A DNA stretch of 64,000 nucleotides from Vicinamibacterales bacterium (GCA_035711845.1 DASTBU010000126.1:1039-65038), one strand, 5' to 3'. Counted from the stretch's first letter, positions 27,678 to 37,070 are shown. Notes: generated by a model from the sequence alone, not told the origin. Numbers and translations: made by a program.

Positions 27678-28316
27678 CTATCTTTTTTCTGCGAGCAGCG
27701 CCCGCAGCTTCATCCGTGCCTTGTGTACCTGCGATTTCGACGTCCCTTCGGCGACGCCCAGAACCTCCGCCACCTCGCGGTGCTCCAGCCCCTCGACATC
27801 GTGGAGCACGAATGCGGCACGGCAACCGTCCGGAAGCCGCGCCAGCGCGCGCTCGAGATCCATCTTCGTCACGGTCTGTTCGGCCAGCGTCGCGCTCGAC
27901 GGATCCGGCAATCCCGCGTCGTCGTCCAGGGCATCCGTGACCTGACGGGACCGGCCGCTCCGGCTCCGCAGGTGGTCCAGGCACAGGTTCGTGGCGAGCC
28001 GATACAACCACGTGCCGAGCGCCGACTCCCCGCGGAACGTGTCCAGCTTCCGGTGGGCCGCGAGGAAAATCTCCTGCAATAGATCTTCGGCGTCGGCCGG
28101 GTTGCCGACGAGCCGCAGCGCCACGCTGTACAGGCGCCCGGCATGGAGCCGGTACAGCTCTTCGAACGAACCGAGATCGCCCCGGCGGCAGCGTTCGACC
28201 AGGGTCAGCTCGTCCTGCCGTCCTGCGGGCGCATGCGCGCGCCCTGCCGCCGCGGGATGCACTGTAACCTTAGACGTCCCCATGCCCAGTTCGCGTTGCC
28301 GCCCGGCCCATTCCAT
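27678..28316 (-). CDS. ECF (sigma-70 family group 4) RNA polymerase sigma factor
   Basis: Region 2 (FEELYRLHAGRLYSVALRLVGNPADAEDLLQEIFL, WLYRLATNLCLDHLR) and region 4 (VLHDVEGLEHREVAEVLGVAEGTSKSQVHKAR). The start is uncertain (28316 or 28283). Confidence 0.85.
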   Translation of the reverse strand: MEWAGRQRELGMGTSKVTVHPAAAGRAHAPAGRQDELTLVERCRRGDLGSFEELYRLHAGRLYSVALRLVGNPADAEDLLQEIFLAAHRKLDTFRGESALGTWLYRLATNLCLDHLRSRSGRSRQVTDALDDDAGLPDPSSATLAEQTVTKMDLERALARLPDGCRAAFVLHDVEGLEHREVAEVLGVAEGTSKSQVHKARMKLRALLAEKR

Positions 28317-28325
28317 CCCGTTGGT

Positions 28326-28697
28326 TTACGACGTTTTCTGCCCTGTAGTTCTGGCGGGTTTCGGCCCCTTTGGCCCTCCGGCGGGCCGCCCCGTCCATCG
28401 GCGGCAGCGGTAGTCCTTGATGCGGTCGCCCGGGACGAGCACGCCCTCGGCCTGCAGCAGCGCCCGTTTCATGGCGGTATTGCCGCCATAGCCCCCGAGC
28501 TTGCCGCCGGCCGCGATGACCCTGTGGCAGGGGACGTCCCGTGCCGAACAGTTCTTCATGATGTTCCCGACGGCGCGCCAGGCGCGCGGCTGACCGGCCG
28601 ACGCCGCGATGTCGCCGTAGGTTGCGACCCGGCCCGTGGGGATACGGCGCACGGCCGCGAGGACGCGAGCGGTGAACCGGGAAGTCCTGGTGTTCAA
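28326..28697 (-). CDS. Methylated-DNA-protein-cysteine methyltransferase, DNA-binding/active-site domain only
   Basis: 123 aa. IPTGRVATYGDIA... and the PCHRVI active-site motif. Confidence 0.8.
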   Translation of the reverse strand: MNTRTSRFTARVLAAVRRIPTGRVATYGDIAASAGQPRAWRAVGNIMKNCSARDVPCHRVIAAGGKLGGYGGNTAMKRALLQAEGVLVPGDRIKDYRCRRWTGRPAGGPKGPKPARTTGQKTS

Positions 28698-28745
28698 AAC
28701 CGCACTCGAACGCCGGCCGAGGTCAGGTTGCGCCGGCGCGCCGAT

Positions 28746-30419
28746 TCATCGCGATCCCTTCGAGGTCTCGGTTGGAGCGCCGATCGCTTCGTTCAGCACG
28801 CGTCCGTCGGTCTTCGCGATGCGGACACCAGCCACGGCTGCCAGCGTGGGCACGATGTCGGCAGGCGTGGCCTCGGCCTCGTACTCACCCGGCTTCACCG
28901 AGGCGCCGAAGATGATCACCGGCACGCGCTGATCGTAGTCATGCTGGGTTCCGTGCGTCGTCACGCTCGCGGCGAGCAGCCAATCTTCCTTGGGGACGAT
29001 GATCAGGTCGCCGCTGCGGTCCTTGTGGAAGCTCAGCGCCGCCGCGCGCCGAAGCCGGTCCGACGATGAGCGCGCGTTGTCGCCCTCGAGATCTTCTGCT
29101 CGGAAGACCCGCTCGATGGCGGGCAGGCCGGCCAGCGCATTCATCGCCGCGGCCCTGAGCCTGCCGTCCCTGTCCAGGCGTTCATCGGCCGCCGCGCTCA
29201 GATAGATGTCGGTGTACGCCACCGCGAGCACGTGATCGCCGCGGCCGAGTGCCGGCACGAGCACCTTCATCAGCGCGTCCGCTGCCTGTTGTCCGGACTG
29301 CCGGCCGCCACGACCGGTCTGATCGGGTATGTCGGCCACGCCGTGATCCGAGCTGAAGCCGACGACGTAGTTGCCGGCACCAACGGTCTTGTCGAGGTGA
29401 TCCAGCAGGTGCCCTATCGTGCGATCCAGGCGAATGAGGAGGTCCTGGACCTCGTGGCTTCGCGGGCCGAACGCGTGGCCGACCACATCCAGCGCGGAAA
29501 AGCTCACCCCGAGGAAGTCGGTCGTTTCTCCGCGTCCCAGGTTCAGTGCATCGACGGCTGCCATCGCCATCCGCGCCAGGTACTCGTCGGAAAATGGCGA
29601 GCGCTGCCATCGCGAGTAGAACACGCGGTCCGGCTGCGCGCCGGGCGTCCCGAGCGGGTGCGGGAACACGCTCGCCCAGCCCGAGGGCCTGCCTTCGCCT
29701 TTGCCTGCATCCTCGTACCGGTAGGCCGAAGGGTCGAGCGCGCGCTCCCAGACCTTGTCGTAATCCGCCGTGACCGGGTTGGCGTCGATGAACTGCTTGA
29801 GAAAAGGGACCGGCTCGCGCGCGAAGGCGGTCGAGGTCGACCAGCCCCCGCGCTCGTCGAACCACGTCACCGCGTCGCCCTTGTGCCCGAAGATCGGGAT
29901 TGCCGACCGCGGTTTCAGCGAGAGTGCGACCGAGCGTCCGCCGCGCTCGTGAATCTGCTCGCCGATGGCGGGCCGGAGCAGCTGCCGCGCGCTGTCTCCT
30001 GTCGCCGCGGGCGCCAACCCGCTGTAGCTGATGTCCTTTGCGGAGGGATCGTCGGTGCAGTACGTCGAAGTACCCGAAGCGTGGTCGAGCCAGCTGTTCA
30101 GAATCATCCCGTGCTGGTACGGGAACGTGCCGGTGCCGATCGTCGAGTGGCCCGCGCAAGTGACCGTGTTCAGGTACGGGTAGGCGCCCTTCTTGAACCA
30201 GGCGCCCTCGCTCATCACGCGCCGCAATCCCGCCGTGAACGAGCCACCATACTCGGTCAGGTAGTCCACGCGTAGCTGATCGACGAGCAGCAGGACCACG
30301 AGCTTCGGGTGGGAGGGCGACTGAGCGGTAGAGGCCTGACCTCGCGCGGGGAGCTTCGGCGCGAGAACGAACAGGCATCCCGACAGCGCAACGACGTACG
30401 CGAACTTTTGTCTCACCAT
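28746..30419 (-). CDS. Alkaline phosphatase superfamily enzyme (PafA / nucleotide pyrophosphatase-like), secreted
   Basis: Signal peptide, then metal/nucleophile motifs LLVDQLRVDY, NTVTCAGHSTIGTG, FSSDHG and HGTQHDYD. Confidence 0.8.
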   Translation of the reverse strand: MVRQKFAYVVALSGCLFVLAPKLPARGQASTAQSPSHPKLVVLLLVDQLRVDYLTEYGGSFTAGLRRVMSEGAWFKKGAYPYLNTVTCAGHSTIGTGTFPYQHGMILNSWLDHASGTSTYCTDDPSAKDISYSGLAPAATGDSARQLLRPAIGEQIHERGGRSVALSLKPRSAIPIFGHKGDAVTWFDERGGWSTSTAFAREPVPFLKQFIDANPVTADYDKVWERALDPSAYRYEDAGKGEGRPSGWASVFPHPLGTPGAQPDRVFYSRWQRSPFSDEYLARMAMAAVDALNLGRGETTDFLGVSFSALDVVGHAFGPRSHEVQDLLIRLDRTIGHLLDHLDKTVGAGNYVVGFSSDHGVADIPDQTGRGGRQSGQQAADALMKVLVPALGRGDHVLAVAYTDIYLSAAADERLDRDGRLRAAAMNALAGLPAIERVFRAEDLEGDNARSSSDRLRRAAALSFHKDRSGDLIIVPKEDWLLAASVTTHGTQHDYDQRVPVIIFGASVKPGEYEAEATPADIVPTLAAVAGVRIAKTDGRVLNEAIGAPTETSKGSR

Positions 30420-30424
30420 TGTTC

Positions 30425-30976
30425 TCAGCGTTTCAGGATCGGAAGGTAGCAGAGGGCCCCGATGTACACGTCATAGATCGCGCAGCCCACGAGATACCAG
30501 CGCGGCGCAATTCCGGGAAGCGCGCCGGGCCGGTGCGCCACGTCGAGCACCGCGTGCGCCGCGAAGGCGAGCGCGAGGACCGTCAGCGCCTGGCGGGGAT
30601 CCCGCACGAGCGTGCTCGCGGCGACGACCAGAAATCCTACCGCGAGCGCGACATCCATTCCGACCCCGACTTGCTCCTCGTGCGACACGGCGAAGCCGAT
30701 GTAGGCCCCCGCGATGAGCGTGAGCAACAACGCGGCGAACTGCGCGAGCCGGAGCTCCGCAACCAGGCGGTCCGGGGATGTCGGCGGCACCATCGAGGAA
30801 CGAACCGCGTACCACGTGAAGCCTGCAGCGAGGCCGAGGAAGGCGACCGCGACGGTTCGCAGCCCTTCGGTCACCGATCCGCCCGCGCGCAGTGGTTCGA
30901 GTGCATACGTGTGAGGACGGCGGCCAGCCGCCGTCCCCACGAAGTATAGCCTGCAAGGCCCGGGCTGCAGAGCCAC
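30425..30976 (-). CDS. Hypothetical integral membrane protein (about 4 TM)
   Basis: Hydrophobic segments VAVAFLGLAAGFTWYAV, FAALLLTLIAGAYIGFAV, VALAVGFLVVAA and YLVGCAIYDVYIGALCYL. It ends 5 nt upstream of the phosphatase gene start. The true start is uncertain. Confidence 0.5.
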   Translation of the reverse strand: MALQPGPCRLYFVGTAAGRRPHTYALEPLRAGGSVTEGLRTVAVAFLGLAAGFTWYAVRSSMVPPTSPDRLVAELRLAQFAALLLTLIAGAYIGFAVSHEEQVGVGMDVALAVGFLVVAASTLVRDPRQALTVLALAFAAHAVLDVAHRPGALPGIAPRWYLVGCAIYDVYIGALCYLPILKR

Positions 30977-31409
30977 TGGAGCGGATCCATTCCGAACGCC
31001 GCCGTGTCAGACCCATCCTTCGCCTGAACGCGTGCAGGGATTCCGGTGTCGCTCCGCACTCCTCGAGAATCGCTGCGAGATCCTCGTTTTCCATCTCCCA
31101 GTCGATCGCGAAGGCGACAAACGTCTCCATGGTGTTCAGCTGCGGAGCTGGTCCAGAGTTTCCAACTATTGGGTTGACGACCGAACCGATGACGGGGCAG
31201 AACCGAAGAAGTATAATCCCGCGCGACTATGCGGGTCGCTGCCGGCGACCGCCTCGGCCCCTATGTTGACCGACTCGCCGCTGGACGCGGGGCCATGAGG
31301 CCGAGGGGACCTGCCGAAGCACTGCGAAGGCTGGAGCGCGTTCGATGGAGCCCTGAGGTTGCTGATCCTGCCAACAGACTCGTTTTGAGCTCACGAGACA
31401 CCGACTCGC

Positions 31410-32711
31410 ATGCGTGCCGTTGACCTGATACGACACAAACGAGATGGCGGCATGCTCGGCGACGCCTCGGTGGAGTTTTTCGTGAGGGGCGTCACCGCCG
31501 GCACCCTGCCGGACTATCAGGCTGCGGCCATGCTCATGGCCATCTTCTTCAAAGGCATGACGGCGGAGGAAACAGCCTCGCTCACCAACGCCATGGTCCG
31601 CTCCGGTGTCCAGGTGACGTACCCGGACCTGCCGGGGATTCCCGTCGACAAGCACAGTACTGGAGGCGTCGGCGACAAGACGTCGATCGTGCTGGCGCCG
31701 CTCGCCGCAGCGTGTGGCGCCTATGTGCCGATGATGTCGGGCCGTGGGCTCGGACACACCGGCGGCACGCTCGACAAGCTCGAATCCATTCCGGGGTTCC
31801 GTACGGCGCTCTCGCTCGACGAGCTCCGGCGGGCGGTCCGCGCCGTGGGCTGTGCGTTGATCGGGCAGACGACGGAGATCGCACCGGCTGACCGGAAGCT
31901 GTATGCGTTGCGGGACGTCACCGGCACGGTCGAGAGCGTCCCGCTGATTTGCGCGTCGATCATGAGCAAGAAGATCGCCGAGGGCATTGGCGGCCTGGTG
32001 CTCGACGTCAAGACCGGCGGCGGCGCCTTCATGAAGACGCTCGACGCGTCGCGGCACCTGGCCAGGACGCTCGTCGCGACCGGGCGCGCGGCCGGTGTGC
32101 CGACCGAGGCGCTCATCACCGCGATGGATGCGCCGCTCGGCAGGGCCATCGGCCACTCGAACGAGATCGTCGAGTGCATCGAGACGCTGAAAGGCCGCGG
32201 GCCGGCCGACGTTGAAGCGCTGTCGGTGCAGCTCGCGGCGCGCATGCTCGTCCTGGCCGGCGTCGCCAGCGATCTGCCGGCGGCTGACTCGCGTGTGCGC
32301 TCCGCGCTCCAGTCGGGTGCCGGGCTTCAGAAGCTTGCCGAGATCATCGAGAATCAGGGCGGCGATCCGCGGGTCACCGAGGATTACGCGCTGCTCCCCT
32401 CGGCGCCCGACGAGCAGGTGGTGCCCGCGTCCGTCGCCGGCTTCGTCAATGCCATCGAGGCGGAACCCCTCGGCCGTGCGGCGGTGGCCCTCGGGGCCGG
32501 GCGCGCACGCCTGGAGGATCGGGTCGATCATGGCGTCGGGATCTCGGTGATGGCGCAGGTTGGCGCCGAAGTGCAGGCAGGGGAGCCTGTCCTCGTGCTG
32601 CGTCATCGCGGCGGGCGCGGATTGAATGAGGCCCTGCCCATCGTTCGGCAGGCTGTGCGGATCGGCGGCACACCACCTTCGCCAACTCCGCTGGTTCTGG
32701 AGGTCGTCTAG
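31410..32711 (+). CDS. deoA: Thymidine / pyrimidine-nucleoside phosphorylase
   Basis: 433 aa. LIRHKRDG, DKHSTGGVGDKTS and SGRGLGHTGGTLDKLE motifs. Confidence 0.9.
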   Translation: MRAVDLIRHKRDGGMLGDASVEFFVRGVTAGTLPDYQAAAMLMAIFFKGMTAEETASLTNAMVRSGVQVTYPDLPGIPVDKHSTGGVGDKTSIVLAPLAAACGAYVPMMSGRGLGHTGGTLDKLESIPGFRTALSLDELRRAVRAVGCALIGQTTEIAPADRKLYALRDVTGTVESVPLICASIMSKKIAEGIGGLVLDVKTGGGAFMKTLDASRHLARTLVATGRAAGVPTEALITAMDAPLGRAIGHSNEIVECIETLKGRGPADVEALSVQLAARMLVLAGVASDLPAADSRVRSALQSGAGLQKLAEIIENQGGDPRVTEDYALLPSAPDEQVVPASVAGFVNAIEAEPLGRAAVALGAGRARLEDRVDHGVGISVMAQVGAEVQAGEPVLVLRHRGGRGLNEALPIVRQAVRIGGTPPSPTPLVLEVV

Positions 32712-32730
32712 GTCGCATTCTTTGATAACG

Positions 32731-32815
32731 CCCCGCTGACGCGGGGACGGTCTTGACCCGACGAACTTGACTCAATAGCGCAAGTTCTGAGGGGTCAAGG
32801 CCTCTAGCCGAGAGG
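32731..32815 (+). promoter_or_regulatory. Structured intergenic leader upstream of nupC (three hairpins)
   Basis: Three hairpins: CCCCGC-TGAC-GCGGGG (32731-46); nested CTTGACCC/GGGTCAAG with inner GAACTTG/CAAGTTC (32752-32799); and CCTCT-AGCCG-AGAGG (32801-15), which includes the probable SD GAGAGG. Confidence 0.35.
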
Positions 32816-32825
32816 TTGCCGACTG

Positions 32826-34187
32826 ATGGCCGATCCGTCACCATCGACTTCCGTGCCTGCGCGCTCCGACCGCAGGCTCCGGGCCGTAGTGGGCATTCTG
32901 GCGCTCGCGCTGGCCATCGGCGCGGTCGTGATGCAAGGCACGATCAATCCGCGCGTGCAGGCCTTGGCCGGCATCATCTGCTTCATCGCCATCGTCGCGA
33001 CGTTCTCCTCGAACCTGCGCGCGGTGAACTGGCGCACCGTGGGCTGGGGCATCGGCCTGCAGGTGGCGCTGGCCCTGCTGATTCTGAAGCTCGAGATCGG
33101 CGGCGTGCGGCCAGGGTACGCGTTCTTCAGCAAGGTCGCCGATATCGTGAAGCAGTTCCTGGAGTTCACGAACAGGGGATCGGAGCTCGTCTTCGGCCCA
33201 CTGGCCAATCAGGGCGCCATGGACAAGGTGTTCGGGGCGGGGCAGGGCTTCGTCTTCGCGTTCGTCGCGCTGCCCACGATCATCTTCGTGTCGTCGTTCT
33301 TCACCGTCCTGTATTACTTCGGCATCCTGCAGTTCATCGTGCGGCTTTTCGCCCGCGCCATGATGTTCGCCATGCGAACGAGCGGCGCGGAAACACTCTC
33401 CGCGGCCGCCAACGTGTTCATGGGGCAGACCGAGGCGCCCATCATCGTCAAGCCCTACATCCCTTCGATGACGCGTTCCGAGCTCCTGGCGTTGATGGTC
33501 GGGGGCATGGCGACCGTTTCCGGCGGCGTCATGGCGGTCTACATCACGCTCGGCGCCGACCCGATTGCGATCCTCACGACGAGCGTGATGGCCGCACCCT
33601 GCGGGCTGTATCTTTCGAAGATTCTGTATCCCGAGATCGAAGAGCCCGTGACACGTGGCGAGGTGAAGGTGAGAGTGGAGCGGCACCACACCAACGTCAT
33701 CGACGCGGCGGCCGCCGGCGCCTCCGACGGGACGACGCTGGCGATCAACGTCGCTGCGATGTTGATCGCGTTCATGGCGTTCCTGGCGTTGTTCGACTAC
33801 CTGCTGGCGGCCGTGAATCCCCAGTTGTCGCTTGCGCGCGTCTTCGCGGCGATCTTCGCACCCTTAGCGGTCCTGATGGGCGTGCCCGCGCAGGATGTCC
33901 CGGCGATTGGCGATCTGCTGGGTACGAAGCTGGTCGCCAACGAGTTCGTGGCGTATATCAAGCTGACCGGAGAATACAGGGGCGTGATCAGCGACCGGTC
34001 GTACACGCTGGCGACCTATGCGTTGACCGGCTTCGCGAATTTCGCGTCGATCGGAATTCAGCTTGGCGGCATCGGCGCCATGGCTCCGTCGAGGAGAGGC
34101 GACCTCGCCAGCCTCGGCTCCCGCGCACTGCTGGCGGGGTTCATCGCCACGTTGATCAACGCGTCGATTGCAGCGGTGTTGCTGTGA
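32826..34187 (+). CDS. nupC: Concentrative nucleoside transporter (NupC/CNT family)
   Basis: 453-aa polytopic protein. NRGSELVFGPL, ANVFMGQTEAP, GGMATVSGGVMAVY and NEFVAY motifs. Confidence 0.9.
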   Translation: MADPSPSTSVPARSDRRLRAVVGILALALAIGAVVMQGTINPRVQALAGIICFIAIVATFSSNLRAVNWRTVGWGIGLQVALALLILKLEIGGVRPGYAFFSKVADIVKQFLEFTNRGSELVFGPLANQGAMDKVFGAGQGFVFAFVALPTIIFVSSFFTVLYYFGILQFIVRLFARAMMFAMRTSGAETLSAAANVFMGQTEAPIIVKPYIPSMTRSELLALMVGGMATVSGGVMAVYITLGADPIAILTTSVMAAPCGLYLSKILYPEIEEPVTRGEVKVRVERHHTNVIDAAAAGASDGTTLAINVAAMLIAFMAFLALFDYLLAAVNPQLSLARVFAAIFAPLAVLMGVPAQDVPAIGDLLGTKLVANEFVAYIKLTGEYRGVISDRSYTLATYALTGFANFASIGIQLGGIGAMAPSRRGDLASLGSRALLAGFIATLINASIAAVLL

Positions 34188-34306
34188 TTGCGGTTTTGGG
34201 AGCGGCGCCCTCCCTGTGCGGAGACGAATGAGCCGGCCGTGTCGCGTCCGGCGCGCGTCGCCAGTGCGATTCCGCGACTCCGAGTTCCTGAGATTTCGAA
34301 CGTCGT

Positions 34307-35134
34307 ATGAACCCTGATCGCTACTTTGAAACGGTGAACGAAACCGCGGCGTGGTTGCGAGAGCGCGGGGCTGGGACGCCCGATGTCGCGATCGTTCTCG
34401 GCTCGGGCCTGGGCGACTTTGCCGATGCGCTGCAGGAGGGCCGGACAACGCCCTACGGCGACATCCCCCACTGGCCGGCGACGAGCGTAGTCGGGCACGC
34501 TGGGCGCCTGGCGCTTGGCAGTCTCGCCGGCCGGAGGGTTGCAACGCTCAGCGGCCGTGTGCACTTCTACGAGGGGCACGCGATGTCCACCGTGACCTTT
34601 GCGACGCGCGTCCTGGGGACGCTCGGGGTTCGCACCCTGATCCTCACCAATGCCGCCGGCGGCATCAACGTCGCGTTCGAGCCGGGGACGCTGATGCTCA
34701 TCGAGGATCACATCAATCTGCTCGGGACCAACCCGCTCATCGGTCCCAACGACGAGCGCTTCGGCCCGAGGTTCCCCGACATGTCGGAGGTGTATTCGAC
34801 GCGCCTCCGCACGCTCGCGGCCGAGGCCGCCGCATCGCAGGGGCTGTCCCTCGCGCGAGGTATCTACGTCGCGGTTCACGGCCCGAGCTACGAGACGCCC
34901 GCCGAGATTCGATACCTGCGCACGATCGGCGCCGACGCTGTCGGGATGTCCACGGTGCCCGAGGCGCTGGTCGCGCGGCACATGGGAATCGAGGTTCTCG
35001 GAATCTCGTGCATCACGAATGCCGCCGCCGGGGTGCTGCCGAAGCCGCTCGTCCACGACGAGGTGATGGAAGTCGCCAAACGCGTGCGGACCCGCTTCTC
35101 GAAACTGCTGGAGGGGGTGGTGGAAAGGCTCTGA
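34307..35134 (+). CDS. punA: Purine nucleoside phosphorylase (trimeric PNP/PunA type)
   Basis: 275 aa. IVLGSGLG, VGHAGRL, GRVHFYEGH, LTNAAGG, GPSYETPAE and GADAVGMSTVPE motifs. Confidence 0.9.
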   Translation: MNPDRYFETVNETAAWLRERGAGTPDVAIVLGSGLGDFADALQEGRTTPYGDIPHWPATSVVGHAGRLALGSLAGRRVATLSGRVHFYEGHAMSTVTFATRVLGTLGVRTLILTNAAGGINVAFEPGTLMLIEDHINLLGTNPLIGPNDERFGPRFPDMSEVYSTRLRTLAAEAAASQGLSLARGIYVAVHGPSYETPAEIRYLRTIGADAVGMSTVPEALVARHMGIEVLGISCITNAAAGVLPKPLVHDEVMEVAKRVRTRFSKLLEGVVERL

Positions 35135-35146
35135 CAATGCAGACTG

Positions 35147-35217
35147 CCGATTGCGGATTGGAGATTGGGGAATTGGAGATTGAGGATTGGCAATTGGGGA
35201 ATGAGCGCGGGCAATGA
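35147..35217. repeat. Heptamer array (GGATTG/GGAATTG-type, ~10 units)
   Basis: CCGATTG CGGATTG GAGATTG GGGAATTG GAGATTG AGGATTG GCAATTG GGGAATG ..., between punA and cdd. Confidence 0.8.
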
Positions 35218-35429
35218 GCGGCTCTGACAAGCGTGGAGGCAGGTGGCCCGGCGTCGAGCGACGCTCGGGTCAGCGCCGCGATAGGGATCGGCGGAGAAGT
35301 GTTCCGGTGCACGGCGAAACCGACGTCCGCTACAACCCGGCCGAACGCCGCAAACAGGCCAGGCGATCCGGCGCAGAGAGGCGCGACGAAGAGGGGTGGC
35401 AGAGCGTGCCGCTCGACCCCGTGCCCGCG

Positions 35430-35828
35430 ATGGCGATCGGGGGCGAGGGCGATCTGCTGGCCGCCGCGGTCGATGCGCGCACGCGGGCACACGCGAGATA
35501 CTCCCGCTTCAAGGTGGGGGCAGCGCTCGAAACCGTTGACCGCGTCATCGTGACGGGCTGCAACATCGAGAACGCGACCTACGGCCTCACGGTATGCGCC
35601 GAACGGGTTGCGCTGCTGAAGGCGCTCTCGGAGGGCCACGAGATCTTCACGCGGATCGTCGTGGTTGCCGACACCGAGAGCCCGACGCCGCCGTGCGGCG
35701 CATGCCGACAACTGCTCTGGGAATACTGCGGGGACATCGACGTGATTCTCGCCAACCCAGGAGGCGTGACCGAGCGCTACCGCCTGGCGGCTCTCCTGCC
35801 CCTGCCGTTCGACAGGAGATTCTTGTGA
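35430..35828 (+). CDS. cdd: Cytidine deaminase
   Basis: The core matches homotetrameric Cdd: FKVGAAL, GCNIENATYGLTVCAERVAL and PCGACRQ. The ORF is also open from the ATG at 35214, which would add a 72-aa Arg-rich extension. The choice of start is unresolved. Confidence 0.8.
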   Translation: MAIGGEGDLLAAAVDARTRAHARYSRFKVGAALETVDRVIVTGCNIENATYGLTVCAERVALLKALSEGHEIFTRIVVVADTESPTPPCGACRQLLWEYCGDIDVILANPGGVTERYRLAALLPLPFDRRFL

Positions 35829-35830
35829 AT

Positions 35831-35935
35831 CAGCTACCAGCTGCCAGCTACCAGCTATCAGCTACCAGCTATGAGCTACCAGCTGAGAGCTGAAAGCTGC
35901 AAGCTGTGAGCTGTAAGCTGTGAGCTGGTAGCTGC
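35831..35935. repeat. Heptamer array, 15 units of NAGCTNN (CAGCTAC ... AAGCTGT ... TAGCTGC)
   Basis: Exact 7-nt phasing from 35831 to 35935, starting 3 nt after the cdd stop. The AGCT core makes the two halves partly self-complementary. Confidence 0.9.
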
Positions 35936-35937
35936 AA

Positions 35938-35943
35938 TAGAAT
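35938..35943 (+). promoter_or_regulatory. -10-like box TAGAAT, 8 nt upstream of the mtnA ATG (possible leaderless transcript)
   Basis: TAGAAT-ACGTATTC-ATG read directly. No Shine-Dalgarno sequence is present. Confidence 0.3.
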
Positions 35944-35951
35944 ACGTATTC

Positions 35952-36995
35952 ATGCTCCCGACAATCGACTGGCAAGGCGACGCGATCGTGATGGTGGACC
36001 AGCGCAAGCTGCCCGGACAGGAAATCTACGTCCGGTGCCGGTCGGCGCAGGAGGTGGCCAAGGCCATTCGAACCATGGTGATCCGTGGAGCGCCGGCGAT
36101 CGGTGTGGCCGCGGCGATGGGGATCGCCTTGGGCGCCAGCAAGAGCACCGCGCGCGGAACGAAGCAGTTCGCGGTCGAGTTCCAGAAAACGTGCGACATG
36201 ATGGCGGCCACGAGGCCGACCGCCGTCAATCTGTTCTGGGCGATCGATCGCATGAAACGGGTGTTCGCCGAAGGCGCCCAGGCGGGCGAGTCCCCCACCG
36301 AGCTCGCGGCGCGGCTGGAGCGCGAAGCGCGCCTGATCCACGACGAAGACGTCGCGAGCTGCCGCGCCATGGGTGGGTTTGGCGCCGACGTCGTCCCCGA
36401 CGGCGCACGCGTGCTGACACACTGCAACGCCGGCGCGCTGGCCACGGCCGGCTACGGTTCCGCGCTCGGCGTCATCCGTGCGGCTGTGGAACAGGGGAAG
36501 AAGATCGCGGTCTTTGCCGACGAGACGCGCCCGTTTCTCCAGGGGGCGCGGCTCACCGCCTGGGAACTGGTCCGCGACGGCATCAACACCACCGTCATCA
36601 CGGAAAGCATGGCCGGTCCGCTGATGCGCGCGGGCGAAATCGATCTCGTCGTGGTCGGCGCGGATCGCATCGCGGCCAACGGCGATACGGCAAACAAGAT
36701 CGGCACCTACACCGTGGCCGTGCTCGCGCACGAGCACAAGATTCCGTTCTACGTCGCCGCGCCGCTCTCCACGATCGACTTGACGACACCCGACGGCGAT
36801 CACATCCCGATCGAAGAGCGCGATCGCCGCGAGATCACGCACCTCGGCTCGTCGCAGCTGACGCCCGAGGGCGCGCACATCCGGAACCCGGCCTTCGACG
36901 TGACACCGCACCGCTACGTCGCCGGCATCATCACCGAGAAGGGCATCTTCCGGCCGCCGTTCGACGAGGCGCTCCGCCGGGCGTTCGAGGCCTGA
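35952..36995 (+). CDS. mtnA: S-methyl-5-thioribose-1-phosphate isomerase
   Basis: 347 aa. [49 protein letters not shown] and FDVTP motifs. Confidence 0.9.
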   Translation: MLPTIDWQGDAIVMVDQRKLPGQEIYVRCRSAQEVAKAIRTMVIRGAPAIGVAAAMGIALGASKSTARGTKQFAVEFQKTCDMMAATRPTAVNLFWAIDRMKRVFAEGAQAGESPTELAARLEREARLIHDEDVASCRAMGGFGADVVPDGARVLTHCNAGALATAGYGSALGVIRAAVEQGKKIAVFADETRPFLQGARLTAWELVRDGINTTVITESMAGPLMRAGEIDLVVVGADRIAANGDTANKIGTYTVAVLAHEHKIPFYVAAPLSTIDLTTPDGDHIPIEERDRREITHLGSSQLTPEGAHIRNPAFDVTPHRYVAGIITEKGIFRPPFDEALRRAFEA

Positions 36996-37070
36996 ACTGC
37001 CTTCAAACTTCAGCCTTTGAACTTCAGCCTTTGAACTTCAGCCTTTAAACTTCAGCCTTTAAACTTCATT
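36994..37070. repeat. Tandem 14-nt (7+7) repeat (CTTCAGC CTTTGAA)x5
   Basis: GAACTGC CTTCAAA CTTCAGC CTTTGAA CTTCAGC CTTTGAA CTTCAGC CTTTAAA CTTCAGC CTTTAAA CTTCATT. It begins inside the mtnA stop codon and ends at the tsaD TTG start. Confidence 0.9.

Noticed and set aside
30977-31130. Protein-like N-terminal segment METFVAFAIDWEMENEDLAAILEECGATPESLHAFRRRMGL in the ORF 30471-31130 (minus), upstream of the membrane protein gene
   Set aside because: After about 45 residues this frame degenerates into Arg-rich nonsense and has no stop until 30471. It could be a small gene fragment or a frameshifted N-terminus of the 30425-30976 membrane protein. I cannot define a consistent reading frame, so it is not annotated.
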